Made by a program: the position numbers and the translations under genes. A DNA stretch of 64,000 bases from Candidatus Obscuribacteraceae bacterium (GTDB taxonomy: Bacteria > Cyanobacteriota > Vampirovibrionia > Obscuribacterales > Obscuribacteraceae): the NCBI GenBank assembly GCA_044226015.1, contig JBGAHS010000006.1:480001-544000 (forward strand), given 5' to 3'. The notes beneath the pieces are model-generated. The model made no database searches and was not told the origin of the DNA. It worked only from the letters and a program-made list of their open reading frames with translations. Positions 34,442 to 45,107 of the stretch are shown here, in pieces (within the stretch, counting starts at the first letter, position 1; each line of letters starts with the position of its first letter).

Positions 34442-35050
34442 ATGCAGATAAAAGTTCTTCAGGCGACAATGTACCTACTAGCAATATCAAGCGTCGTTTT
34501 AATCACAGCAATACCAGCGTCAGCAGATAGCAAGGGAAACTTCCCTGGAAAAGGTGATGTTGAAGAATACAACAGAGCTTGTGAATTTAGCGCAAAAGCA
34601 GCAAAACTTGCCAGAGAAGGTGATTTAGAAAATGCTGCAAAAACAGAGCGCAAAGCAATTCTAACTTATCCATACGACTCAGCTTCACGACATAACGAAG
34701 CTGTGTATTTGAGAAAAGCCGGCAGATTTCTAGATGCACGAAATGCAGAGCAGCGAGCCTTAGATCTTGAACCGAATTTCGTTGCGGCGCTCATCGGCAA
34801 AGGTCTTTGCTATGAACGCCTCGGTAAATATACAGATGCTGAAGAGGTATTCAAAAAGGCTGCAGCGCTAGAACCACATAACTTCGAAGCCGTTGGCGAC
34901 CTGGGCGACGTGCTACGTCAGCAGGAAAAGTTCGACGAAGCAAAAACCTGGTTTAACAAAGCTAAGAAACTGACAAAAAACGAAACGTTTCTAAGCAATA
35001 TCGATAAGCTCATCGAACTCTGCAATAACAAAGACGCTACATCTGACTAG
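34442..35050 (+). CDS. Secreted TPR protein
   Basis: Signal peptide; ALDLEPNF, LGKYTDAE, LGDVLRQQEKFDEA. Confidence 0.85.
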   Translation: MQIKVLQATMYLLAISSVVLITAIPASADSKGNFPGKGDVEEYNRACEFSAKAAKLAREGDLENAAKTERKAILTYPYDSASRHNEAVYLRKAGRFLDARNAEQRALDLEPNFVAALIGKGLCYERLGKYTDAEEVFKKAAALEPHNFEAVGDLGDVLRQQEKFDEAKTWFNKAKKLTKNETFLSNIDKLIELCNNKDATSD

Positions 35051-35084
35051 ACGACGTTTCTAGCGAAAGTATTTTGGCACACCA

Positions 35085-35119
35085 ATGAAAAGGCAAGCAG
35101 CAAGCTGCTTGCCTTTCAT
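35085..35119. terminator. Bidirectional intrinsic terminator
   Basis: aaaggcaagcag-caag-ctgcttgccttt perfect stem between convergent genes. Confidence 0.75.
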
Positions 35120-35135
35120 ACAAAGCGTGTATCAA

Positions 35136-37292
35136 TTAGCAGACTGGAAATCCGCGATCTCGCATCAGCGCATTAGTATCGACATCACGACCACGGAAAT
35201 TGCGAAATGCAACATCAGGCGCTACGGAATTTCCAACACTGAATATGGTGTCACGGAATCTGTCGCAGGTCTTCCGATCGTAGAATCCACCAGCCTCAAC
35301 AAAAGCTTCAGAGGCATCTGCGGACATTGTGTCAGCCCATATGTAAGCATAATAACCAGCTGAGTAACCATCATCTGCAAATATGTGACCAAACGCAGTC
35401 GGTCTGTGTCGCATGACGATTTCCTTGGGACATTTGATCTCGGTCATCGTTTCTTTTTCAAACTTATCGGGATCAATCGTCTTATCTTGGGTCGCTGCAA
35501 GATGTATTTTCATATCATAAATCGCAGAAGCTAGATATTCTGTGGTTATGAAGCCCTCGTTGAATGTCTTCGCCTTGCGTATTTTTGCAATGAGCTCAGC
35601 CGGCATAGGCTTTCCTGTCTTGTAATGCAACGCGAATTTGTTCAGAACTTCATTCGTCATCAACCATCTTTCATTCACCTGACTTGGAAATTCAACGAAA
35701 TCACGTTTTGTGTTTGTTCCAGCCAGAGTAGGATAGTTAACATTCGAATTAAGCCCGTGCAGCGCATGCCCAAATTCATGGAACATTGTGTTGGCGTCAT
35801 CCCACGAAATTAAGATGGCTTCGCCTGGTTTGCCCTTAACGAAGTTAGAGTTATTCGAGACAATGGGTGTGACATCACCACGGAATTTTTCCTGTGTGCG
35901 ATATTCATTCATCCAAGCACCACTGCGCTTACCATCGCGCGCGTAGGGGTCGAAATACCACAAGCCAATCAACTTGCCGTCGCGATGAACTTCGTAGACT
36001 TCTACGTCAGGAACTACTACAGGCAGATCGTTTACTTTGACCATGTCTAGCCCATAAACTTGTTTTGCAGCCCAGAACATGCCGTCGCGAATCTTATCCA
36101 ATTGCAGATATTGCTTCACTTCATTCTGGTCGATATCGTACTTAGCTGCACGAACCTTCTCTGCGTAGAATCTATAATCCCAAGGTTCTATCGTAATTTT
36201 TGCGCCTTCTTTATCTGCAATAGCTTGCATATCAGCAACTTCTTCAGCCACTCTTGCAATAGCAGCTTTCCAAACACGCATCATCAGATTCATTGCAGCA
36301 TCTGGCGTTTTTGCCATGTTATCGTCGAGAATCCAGTGAGCATGTGTTGGGAAGCCCAGAATCTGGGCTCTCTCTGAGCGCAACTTCAGAATTTCACCGA
36401 TGGTTGCCTTGTTGTCGTTCGCATCACCGTTGTCACCACGGCTTGTCCACATCTTCCATCCCTTCTCACGCAAATCACGCCGTGTTGAGAAAGTCAGGAA
36501 TGGTTCCATTGATGAACGTGTGTTGGAAACGACCCACTTTGCCTTTGCTTTTTTGCTCTCAGCTTCGCTGGCATAGGACTGTTTCAAGCTGTCAGAAAGA
36601 CCAGCGAGATCCTCTTCCTTCTCAAGCACCAACATGTACTTCTCTTCATCAGCAAGTTGATGGTGAGTGAAATCTGTGAAAAGAGTTGCCAATTTTTGAT
36701 TAATTTCGCTGAGCCGCGCTTTTTTCTTTTCGTCTAGACCAGCACCCATGCGGGTGAACATTTTGTAGTAGACATCAGTCAAACGCTGTTGCTCAGGAGT
36801 CAAACCAGACTTTTCTCGTGCTTCGTATACAACTTTGATGCGCTGAAATAAGGGATCATTCTGGATGATCTCATCATCAAACTTAGCCATGATTGGACGC
36901 ATGTCACTCTCAATGGCTTGCATTGGTTTGTCATTCATCGTTGAAGTGTAGATGTCGAAAAAACGTTGCGAGCGACTGTAGGGTCTTCCTGCATCTTCAA
37001 ACGCAGCGATTGTATTTTCAAAATTCGCTACATCTTTGCGGTCAGTAATTGCCTTAATTTCTGCTCGCTTGAGATCCATTCCTTTGAGCATGGAAGGTTT
37101 GAATTCTTCTATTTTCACGAGGTCGAAGCGTGGGTAGCCTCCGTGCTTGCCGACCCAATTCTCAAGCATAGGTCCAGCCTGACTTGTGGGATTTGTAACG
37201 GCCAGTGTTCGTCTCGTTGTTAAGATAGAACTGCCACCGAGAGCCGCGATCGCCATAGCACTCTTCAGGAACTTTCTTCGATTCATTAACAT
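35136..37292 (-). CDS. dcp: M3 family peptidyl-dipeptidase Dcp with Tat signal
   Basis: NRRKFL twin-arginine motif; FHEFGHALH, DFVEFPSQ, KRSGAWM, YSAGYY. Confidence 0.92.
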   Translation of the reverse strand: MLMNRRKFLKSAMAIAALGGSSILTTRRTLAVTNPTSQAGPMLENWVGKHGGYPRFDLVKIEEFKPSMLKGMDLKRAEIKAITDRKDVANFENTIAAFEDAGRPYSRSQRFFDIYTSTMNDKPMQAIESDMRPIMAKFDDEIIQNDPLFQRIKVVYEAREKSGLTPEQQRLTDVYYKMFTRMGAGLDEKKKARLSEINQKLATLFTDFTHHQLADEEKYMLVLEKEEDLAGLSDSLKQSYASEAESKKAKAKWVVSNTRSSMEPFLTFSTRRDLREKGWKMWTSRGDNGDANDNKATIGEILKLRSERAQILGFPTHAHWILDDNMAKTPDAAMNLMMRVWKAAIARVAEEVADMQAIADKEGAKITIEPWDYRFYAEKVRAAKYDIDQNEVKQYLQLDKIRDGMFWAAKQVYGLDMVKVNDLPVVVPDVEVYEVHRDGKLIGLWYFDPYARDGKRSGAWMNEYRTQEKFRGDVTPIVSNNSNFVKGKPGEAILISWDDANTMFHEFGHALHGLNSNVNYPTLAGTNTKRDFVEFPSQVNERWLMTNEVLNKFALHYKTGKPMPAELIAKIRKAKTFNEGFITTEYLASAIYDMKIHLAATQDKTIDPDKFEKETMTEIKCPKEIVMRHRPTAFGHIFADDGYSAGYYAYIWADTMSADASEAFVEAGGFYDRKTCDRFRDTIFSVGNSVAPDVAFRNFRGRDVDTNALMRDRGFPVC

Positions 37293-37505
37293 TACCTCGT
37301 GATGAGAAGCCGGCAGCCTAGCCTGAGCTAGCTTCCCTGAGCTAAACTGTATCTGCTAAGGGAGCATGATACTACGTCAGCGCCGACTCTTGCTTCTTGT
37401 GATGCCACATTAAGTCAGAATGCTCTGATTTAATTCAGCGAACCAGACGCATTTGATAGACTGATATAGATTGCCAAGAGCGAATTCGGCACAAAAAGGT
37501 CAGCA

Positions 37506-38321
37506 ATGGAAAAACAAATTCTCGAACTAAACGATATCCTCGATTGCATCGAGTTGTGGTTCAAGAATGAGCCAGGCTACAGAGAGACCTTTTGTGGACC
37601 GTGCTTAGCTGAAGACATGGACGATCTAGTGGAACTCTCAGAGCGCGAGTTGCCGTCAGAATTCGTTCAACTTTATCAGCGATTTGACGGTGCCGACGTA
37701 AAAGATGATGTTGGCGACGACAGCAAAACACTATTTGAGTTCTTCTTTATGAGCCTGGGCGGAATCGACGGTGTCGTCAGAGAATACGAGACCTTCGAAG
37801 ACGTTGATTACAGCAGCGATTTCCTCGCCTGCGAGGGTCCGATCAAAAGCATGTCTTGCAACCAGCATTGGGTGCCTTTCGAGAAAGATTTTGCTGGTAA
37901 CTTCATCGGCATTGACCTCGACCCACCAGAAAGCGGTCGCTATGGTCAGGTGATCAAATTTGGAGCCGACGAGGTTCCATCAGTTCTAGCTCCAAGTATT
38001 GCGGCTTATTTGATGGAACGTTGCAAAATCGCAGGCATTCCTCTTCCTGACCCTGCAAGCAAACCAAAATATAAGAGACATGAAAAACAATCAGAGCTGA
38101 AATCAAACTCTGAAGCAAACACCAAGACCAAAACAAGATCCAAGACAGTGAAGTCAGAGACAAAACTCTCTGAAATACCGATCATTCACGACCCTGCTTC
38201 AAATGTATTCAGCATTTTCTCAGCACGTTCTCGCCGCAATGCTCGCAGTACTGCGGAAGAATCAGTGGAAACAGTTACAATCATCGAAAACGACAACGGC
38301 GAAGACGACAGCAATAACTAG
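37506..38321 (+). CDS. SMI1/KNR4 family protein
   Basis: LPSEFVQLYQRFDG, WVPF..DFAGN.IGIDLDP...G.YGQVI. Confidence 0.85.
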   Translation: MEKQILELNDILDCIELWFKNEPGYRETFCGPCLAEDMDDLVELSERELPSEFVQLYQRFDGADVKDDVGDDSKTLFEFFFMSLGGIDGVVREYETFEDVDYSSDFLACEGPIKSMSCNQHWVPFEKDFAGNFIGIDLDPPESGRYGQVIKFGADEVPSVLAPSIAAYLMERCKIAGIPLPDPASKPKYKRHEKQSELKSNSEANTKTKTRSKTVKSETKLSEIPIIHDPASNVFSIFSARSRRNARSTAEESVETVTIIENDNGEDDSNN

Positions 38322-38336
38322 AGCTTAGAAATTGCA

Positions 38337-40889
38337 ATGGGTCTGCCAGCACTTCCAATTGATGAAATTCTGCCAGACCTTTTAATGTGCTTGGAAGCTA
38401 GTTCTTGCCTGGTGCTGCAAGCCGAACCGGGAGCGGGCAAGACAACTCGCGTAGCGCCAGCTATTTTAGAGAGACTGAAAAAAACTGGCTCTAATTTCGG
38501 ACAGATTGTTCTTTTGCAGCCCCGACGTGTAGCAGCACGTGCTGCCGCCTCTCGCATTTCCGATGAGCGAAACACCGAACTTGGTGGCGAAACAGGCTAT
38601 CAGGTTCGATTCGAAAACCGCTCATCCAACAAAACCAAAATACTTGTTTGCACCGAAGGAGTCTTCCTGCGTCGCTTACAGGAAGATCCTCTTCTCGAAA
38701 ATGTTTCAACGGTCATATTCGATGAGTTTCACGAACGAACCATAGATAGTGACCTTGCTCTTGCATTGGTCATGCAAGTTAAGAAAGAACTTCGCGAAGA
38801 CCTCTCAGTCATAGTAATGTCAGCAACCCTTGATACGAAGGTGATTTCAGATTACCTTGGTGGCTGCCCCGTAATCTCTTGCCCTGGACGAACATTCCCT
38901 GTTCAAGTTCAGTATTTGCAATTCCCTGGCAACGAGAGCATTGAAGAATCAGTTGCCAGAGGCATATTATCAATCAGCAGCAAATCTGATGGAGACATAC
39001 TTGCTTTTCTTCCAGGTGTTGGCGAGATTCGAAAAACAGAGGACATTCTTTTAGCATCACCCATTTCCAGCAACAGCCTAATCATGCCCCTTTATGGTGA
39101 GATGACTCTGGAAGAACAACAGAATGTGCTGAGACCCGCAAGCAAAAGAAAAATAGTTTTAGCAACGAATGTCGCCGAGACCTCGCTCACCATAGATGGT
39201 GTCACAGCCGTCGTAGATAGCGGTTATGCTAAAACTACCAGACTTAATTCTAGATTGGGCTTAAACAAACTAGAACTGGGTCGAATATCCAAAGCATCGG
39301 CGGCACAGCGAGCCGGTAGAGCAGGCAGAACACGTGCCGGCGAATGCCTCAGACTGTGGACAGAGAAAGAGCACCACATGTTGCGCGAATTCGAAGAACC
39401 GGAAATTAGCAGAGTTGAATTATCACAGACCATACTTCAATTATATGCGTGGGGTGAACAAAGCCCAGAGACCTTTTCATGGTTCGAACTGCCACCAGCA
39501 GCTTCATTCGAGCAAGCAATAGCGCTACTGGAAAAACTAGAGGCTCTAGAAAATAGAAAGATTACGGAAATGGGAAAGAGCATGGCGCAATTACCTGTGC
39601 AACCCCGCCTCGCTCGACTCCTAATAGACGCCAGCAGATATGGGCAAACAGATAGGGGAGCGCTCGCCGCAGCGATCTTAGGAGAACGCAGCCCAATGAA
39701 GAAGATGGGGCGCGGAAAGATCGCTGAGCATTACTCCGATTCCGATTTATTGGACAAAATTCGTGCACTTGAAGAGTTCAAAGAAACAGGAAATAAATTC
39801 AGTAAGTATGGCGAACTATCCGTGCAGTCAAGTAAGCAGTTACTCCGCATTGCTGAGCAGCTAACAAAATCATTCAAACGGATCAAATCAGGCGAGCAGA
39901 AAACGAACCCAAGTGTGGACAGCGATGGTGCTTTACTCCGAGCCATCTTGGATGCATTTCCAGACCGTGTCTGCAGACGCCGCGAAAGCAACAGCAAACG
40001 TGCGCTTATGGTTGGTGGAAGAGGAGTCAAACTTGCGGATGAGTCTGCAGTGGGAAGCGGTGACTACTTCGTGGCATTAGAGCTTTTGGACTCTGGTCAA
40101 TCAGAATCACTAGTCGTACAGGCATCCCAAATCGAGAAATCTTGGTTGCCACAGAAATTAGTTATTTCAGCCATTGAAACCGCATATGATGCCACAAGAG
40201 AAAAAATAATCGCGATAAAACGCACACGATTTTGCGACCTTGTCATAGACGAACAGATAGTTCCAGTTCCAAGTGAAATAGACGTTTCTGATCTTCTTGC
40301 AAATTCAATAAAAGCCAATTTTGATCTTTACAGCCTTGCTGATGATCAATCCATACAGTTTCTTGAGCGCCTCCTTTGCTTGCGCGAATGGAACTCGGAT
40401 TTAGAACTTCCGGATTTCGGAGATGATCCCCTCGTTTTTTTCCTTCGTGACTGGTGTACATCTTGCTCTAGTGTGCAAGATGTGAGAAACAAACCACTCT
40501 GGCAAGTTATCCAGAATTCACTGTCTCACCATCAAGTTCAGGCTCTTGAACTTGATACACCAGAACGAATTTCTGTACCCAGCGGCAGCAAAATAAAACT
40601 CCAGTATGAACGGGGAAAGGCGCCAGTGCTGGCAGTTCGCATCCAGGAAGTCTTTGGTTTGAAAGAAACCCCGCGCATAGCCAGAAATAGAATTCCAGTT
40701 CTGATGCACTTACTTGCACCAAACCATCAAATTCAACAAATCACACCAGACCTTGCAAGTTTCTGGAAAAACTCTTACGCAGATGTAAAAAAAGACCTGA
40801 GACGAAGGTACCCGAAACATTCCTGGCCTGATGATCCACTTACTGCGCAAGCTGAACACCGACCACAAAGGAAAATACAAAAGAGCTGA
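38337..40889 (+). CDS. hrpB: ATP-dependent RNA helicase HrpB
   Basis: GAGKTT, QPRRVAAR, DEFHER, MSAT, ATNVAETS, QRAGRAGR, HrpB C-terminal RYPKH.WP. Confidence 0.96.
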   Translation: MGLPALPIDEILPDLLMCLEASSCLVLQAEPGAGKTTRVAPAILERLKKTGSNFGQIVLLQPRRVAARAAASRISDERNTELGGETGYQVRFENRSSNKTKILVCTEGVFLRRLQEDPLLENVSTVIFDEFHERTIDSDLALALVMQVKKELREDLSVIVMSATLDTKVISDYLGGCPVISCPGRTFPVQVQYLQFPGNESIEESVARGILSISSKSDGDILAFLPGVGEIRKTEDILLASPISSNSLIMPLYGEMTLEEQQNVLRPASKRKIVLATNVAETSLTIDGVTAVVDSGYAKTTRLNSRLGLNKLELGRISKASAAQRAGRAGRTRAGECLRLWTEKEHHMLREFEEPEISRVELSQTILQLYAWGEQSPETFSWFELPPAASFEQAIALLEKLEALENRKITEMGKSMAQLPVQPRLARLLIDASRYGQTDRGALAAAILGERSPMKKMGRGKIAEHYSDSDLLDKIRALEEFKETGNKFSKYGELSVQSSKQLLRIAEQLTKSFKRIKSGEQKTNPSVDSDGALLRAILDAFPDRVCRRRESNSKRALMVGGRGVKLADESAVGSGDYFVALELLDSGQSESLVVQASQIEKSWLPQKLVISAIETAYDATREKIIAIKRTRFCDLVIDEQIVPVPSEIDVSDLLANSIKANFDLYSLADDQSIQFLERLLCLREWNSDLELPDFGDDPLVFFLRDWCTSCSSVQDVRNKPLWQVIQNSLSHHQVQALELDTPERISVPSGSKIKLQYERGKAPVLAVRIQEVFGLKETPRIARNRIPVLMHLLAPNHQIQQITPDLASFWKNSYADVKKDLRRRYPKHSWPDDPLTAQAEHRPQRKIQKS

Positions 40890-40910
40890 ACCTGAGGTTC
40901 AGCTCTTTTT
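40879..40910. terminator. Bidirectional intrinsic terminator overlapping the hrpB stop codon
   Basis: aaaagagctgaacc-tga-ggttcagctctttt perfect 14-bp stem. Confidence 0.85.
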
Positions 40911-40931
40911 CTACTTTGCTAACAAGTCAGC

Positions 40932-41789
40932 CTAGTTCTGCTTTCCTTGTCCAACTACTTTTCCATTTTTGTCTTTGCTGACAAAGTTACCATCGGCATC
41001 AAACTCGGTAGTACTGCCATCAGCTCTGGTAGCCACTTTCGTCCCATCCTTGTTTTCTACAAGACGGCTACCATCGGGATAGTCAGTTGTCTTAACTCCT
41101 TCATGCCAGCCAGTTCTGGTTCCGTCTTCTTCAATAATCTCACGGTCGCCATTGGCACTGTAAGTGATTCTGGGCAATCCATCTTTTCCTTCTAGAACCA
41201 TAGTGCCATCGGCTCTTTCTGTCTTACAGGCACCACTTGCATAGTTGGTGATTTTATCGCCGTTCGGATAATCATAGATTTCGGTGCCATCTTTCAATGA
41301 TGTTATAGAGATGCCATTCTTATCTTTGGCAATTGTGCTTCCATCTGTCTTATGTTCGACGGTTGAACCATCGGGCTTGGTTGTGAGACTCGACCCATCA
41401 GAATTGGTGTGTACTGTTGTACCATCCTTTTTTACGAGGTCTGAGCTACCATCAGGATTGACGGCAACTACTTCACCAGAAGGCATTTCACCAACGATGG
41501 TGCCATCATCTTGTTTAGAAACTTTATTAGTAACGTCAGCGTTCTTACCGGCTGCAGCCGCATCGAAAGTATTCGCTGATTTATGTTCTTTTTCCTTGTC
41601 ACCATGAAACTCTGGCTTACCGAATAATCCAGATACACCAGATTTTCCGCCATGTTTTAAGGAATCACTATGCTTTCTCTGCTGATCGAGCAAGTCGTGA
41701 CGACCGTCAACTGTTTGCTTATGGATTGTATCTCCAGGTTTCGATGATTTGTCTGCTACTGCAATGTTATTTTCAAATTTGTCGGACAT
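40932..41789 (-). CDS. Hypothetical protein built from ~9-aa beta-hairpin repeats (xDG[ST])
   Basis: Recurrent PDGS/KDGT/ADGS motifs through the C-terminal two thirds. Confidence 0.75.
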   Translation of the reverse strand: MSDKFENNIAVADKSSKPGDTIHKQTVDGRHDLLDQQRKHSDSLKHGGKSGVSGLFGKPEFHGDKEKEHKSANTFDAAAAGKNADVTNKVSKQDDGTIVGEMPSGEVVAVNPDGSSDLVKKDGTTVHTNSDGSSLTTKPDGSTVEHKTDGSTIAKDKNGISITSLKDGTEIYDYPNGDKITNYASGACKTERADGTMVLEGKDGLPRITYSANGDREIIEEDGTRTGWHEGVKTTDYPDGSRLVENKDGTKVATRADGSTTEFDADGNFVSKDKNGKVVGQGKQN

Positions 41790-42170
41790 TTTTCTACCCT
41801 AACTTTGTTATCTACTGTTGATTCGCTGTTCCCTGTTCAGCGCTCTCTTCCATGTTGAATTCACAGTATTGTCGAAAAAATTAGGAGAACAAAATAAAAG
41901 TCTTAGACCAGGTCGCTGAAGGCTTGCTGATACGCCCTCTTAAGAATGACGATGCTCAAGCGAACCTTCCCTCATGGCATCTCAATCCCGCGTACCAGGC
42001 GCCCTTATGGGGATATGGCCAAGCACGGTAATAGACGCCTGTTCACGGGATAATGCGCCGCCAACTGAGACGAGACTCCGTTCTGACTCAGCCAAGCAGG
42101 CTTTGCTGTCCCTGTAGAAGTCCGCTCGCCAACTCGTGGTTCGTCGTTAGCTGATGATCTTATGGCTACA

Positions 42171-44999
42171 CTAGTTTTCGGCTTCGACTATCTTAATCCT
42201 TGCTATCTCATCGCCGCGTGCTATCGACTCGACTACATTCATTCCAGAAATAACCTTTCCAAAAATGGTATATGAGCCATCAAGATGTGGCTGGGCGGAA
42301 TGCGTGATGAAGAATTGACTTCCTCCAGTATCTTTGCCAGATAAAGCCATGCCAACAACTCCAGGACCGTCATATTCAGCTCGGTTTATTTCGCAACGAA
42401 TCTGATAGCCAGGACCTCCATTCATATCATTGCGCGGGTCACCACTCTGGACAACAAAATTTGGGACCACTCGCATAAAAGTAATATTCTTGTTGAAATA
42501 GCCATCACTACTGAGAGAAATAAAATTATCGACAGTCATAGGCGCTTGCTGATTTAGCAATTGAATGACTATGTCGCCCTTTACAGTTTGGATTTTGGCC
42601 GTGGACTTAGCTGAAGACAGAGCTGCCACCCTTCTATAGTATTCCTTGCCATGTTTTGTATTCACAGGCCCAAGTTTGTAGTTTGGAAAACTCCTCAAGT
42701 CAGCCAGTCTGGCGAGCTCAAAAGCCTTCTTCTTCACCAGGTAATCCTGCTCATTTCTATCTTCGAGCACCTCTTTGTTGAAAGGATGCTTCAGCTGATC
42801 CGCAGCATCCAAAATGCTTAGCCTGGCATCATTCATTGCATCATTTCGAGAAGCTACAAAAGCGTTGTGCAGAGCAGTGATCACATCGTCTGAAGCAAGA
42901 CCCGACTCAGCCAGCAAGGAAGCTGCCCCAGCCTTAACTATTACATCTTCATCTAACAAACACTTCAAAACAATTTGCTGTGAATTGGAAATTTTGCAAG
43001 CAGCAACGGCATTCAAAAGGTCAGCCTTCGAACGCGGGTCTTTATTTGATTGCCACAGCTGCAATAAGGTTTCCCTGGCTCTTTCAGTTTTCAGCTCGCC
43101 TAAGCCCTGTGCAAACGCTGCCTCAGACTGCCAACTGCCTTCCGCGGACTTCCGAGCCGACTCATCAAAAAATGCTTCATCTCCGAATTTGGCTAAAGCA
43201 ATCTCTATCTCAGGCTGCAATCGGATGGGAAGCATTTCGGCTCGCAGTGACTTCAAAAAGGGAATCGCCGAGGGGTCAGCGATAGAGCCAAGAGTGCTTG
43301 CTAAAAGCAAAAGCTCGTTCTGAGTCGAGGGAATTCTCGCTCCACTCTTTTTAGCCATTCTATATTTTGCTAACTCTGCCTCACCATACTTCAATAAATC
43401 TGGAACTGCACTTTTATCTCCAATTGAACCCAGTGCTACAACGCAAGAGCGAACGACAAACGAATCATCAGAGACAAGAAGCCTTCGAAGCAGCTCTACT
43501 GATTCCTTATCTTTTGCCACCCCAAGTGCACGAATCGCGTATGCAACAGAGTCTCGCCTTGCCTGAGTGTCAAAAACAATGTTCTTTCTGAGCATCACCA
43601 GATAAGGCTGAAGCTCTTTCTTAGACCTGGCTAGCACATTCGCTGATTGCCAACGAATAGTCTCGCTAGACGATTGAAGTTGCTTAGCGACCGATTTCAA
43701 GCCCTCAGTGTCCGCAGCACGCAATATAGCTATCATGCCTTTTGAAATCAGCTCATGACCTTCACGCGTATCTGGTGCATTGTCGATTGCTCTGCTTATG
43801 TTTTTTACTAAATCTGTCTTTCTTCCTTCCAGCTCCTTGGCGGAAATTTTGTTCGCCAGTATTTTGCCTAGCGACTCTGCAGCAAGTGCCTTCGCCACAG
43901 TAGAGCCGTTCGCAAGAGTATCCACAAGGAATTCAACGCTCTTGCTGTTCTCCATTTCCCCAGTGCACCACACAATACTATTGAAATTGGAAGATTGCCG
44001 CTTTGCCAAATCTAAAAGTAAGGGAATTGTTTTTTCGTCGCCGATTCTCGCAATTGAGAGCAAAATTCTGCCCTTCTCAAGCTTTTCATCCACTAGCATT
44101 TCTTGCAACTTATCGCTCACCAAGCGCAGGTCTTCACACTTTATGCACTCAATCAGTTCAGCGGTTTTGAGTTCTCTTTCAGTAGCCTTCCCTTGTGACT
44201 CATTAACACCCTTTTCATTCGTTGCAAACGCGGCTTTCATTTCGGCAGCATCAACTAATTCGTCTGTTCTAGTCAACTCTTCAGATGCAGCCTGTATTTC
44301 GGCGGCATCAGGTTTCACTTTCGAAAGCTCATTTATGAGATCGCGCGTGTGTTCGCCTTTCTCATACTCATTTTTCTGTGAATATATCAACGTCAAAGTC
44401 CCATAAGCAGCTAGCTTCTTGCCTCGCGCATTTTGACACGTGGGATCATTTGCAAGCTTGAGAATTTCAGCGCACATATCCTCAGCCTCTTTGTACTTTC
44501 TTTCCCGGCAATACTCATCAGCAAGAGCGCTCATGATTTGATACTTCAGAGTTTCCGGCGCATCACCCTTATTTGCTATTGCCAGGGCTTCCGAGAGAAC
44601 TGAGTCAAGCGGTACTTCTTTCTGATTCGACTCGCATAGAAATGAGTAGCGCAAGAGACAACGTGCTAAGCCGAGAGGACTTCCAACGCCATCTCGCTTG
44701 CGCAACTCAATCGCTCGCTTGTACTTATCAATGGCATTGTCTGCGTCCTTTTCGCTGATTGATTCCGCCAAATGTTCAAGCGCAACGGCAAGAACAGCCG
44801 GGTTAGCAGCTTTAGCGGCGCAGTTTTCTACAGCGAGCCACTTTTCATACGTATTTTCCTTATCAGAGAACTCTGCCCTTTGTGCTTCGTTAAGCAACTT
44901 TTCAAGCTTTGAAGAACTCTTAGCTGTAGCTTCTGGCGATGCAAGAAGCAGCAAACAGAGGAAACCAGCAAGACCAGGGAAACTAAATGACCTAAACAT
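42171..44999 (-). CDS. Secreted TPR + HEAT repeat protein with C-terminal cyclophilin-type peptidyl-prolyl isomerase
   Basis: Signal peptide; HEAT repeats (ALGSIGD..AVP.L); FMRVVPNFVVQSGDP, GMAL.GKDTGGSQFFI, HLDGSYTIFG. Confidence 0.9.
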   Translation of the reverse strand: MFRSFSFPGLAGFLCLLLLASPEATAKSSSKLEKLLNEAQRAEFSDKENTYEKWLAVENCAAKAANPAVLAVALEHLAESISEKDADNAIDKYKRAIELRKRDGVGSPLGLARCLLRYSFLCESNQKEVPLDSVLSEALAIANKGDAPETLKYQIMSALADEYCRERKYKEAEDMCAEILKLANDPTCQNARGKKLAAYGTLTLIYSQKNEYEKGEHTRDLINELSKVKPDAAEIQAASEELTRTDELVDAAEMKAAFATNEKGVNESQGKATERELKTAELIECIKCEDLRLVSDKLQEMLVDEKLEKGRILLSIARIGDEKTIPLLLDLAKRQSSNFNSIVWCTGEMENSKSVEFLVDTLANGSTVAKALAAESLGKILANKISAKELEGRKTDLVKNISRAIDNAPDTREGHELISKGMIAILRAADTEGLKSVAKQLQSSSETIRWQSANVLARSKKELQPYLVMLRKNIVFDTQARRDSVAYAIRALGVAKDKESVELLRRLLVSDDSFVVRSCVVALGSIGDKSAVPDLLKYGEAELAKYRMAKKSGARIPSTQNELLLLASTLGSIADPSAIPFLKSLRAEMLPIRLQPEIEIALAKFGDEAFFDESARKSAEGSWQSEAAFAQGLGELKTERARETLLQLWQSNKDPRSKADLLNAVAACKISNSQQIVLKCLLDEDVIVKAGAASLLAESGLASDDVITALHNAFVASRNDAMNDARLSILDAADQLKHPFNKEVLEDRNEQDYLVKKKAFELARLADLRSFPNYKLGPVNTKHGKEYYRRVAALSSAKSTAKIQTVKGDIVIQLLNQQAPMTVDNFISLSSDGYFNKNITFMRVVPNFVVQSGDPRNDMNGGPGYQIRCEINRAEYDGPGVVGMALSGKDTGGSQFFITHSAQPHLDGSYTIFGKVISGMNVVESIARGDEIARIKIVEAEN

Positions 45000-45107
45000 T
45001 ATTTCTTTGATGCGATAAATGGAACGATACTTGAGAAGATGGAGCCTGGCGAAAGCTGAGGGACCCATTCAAGCATTGAAATTATAATGCATCGCAAAGG
45101 AGCAAAA

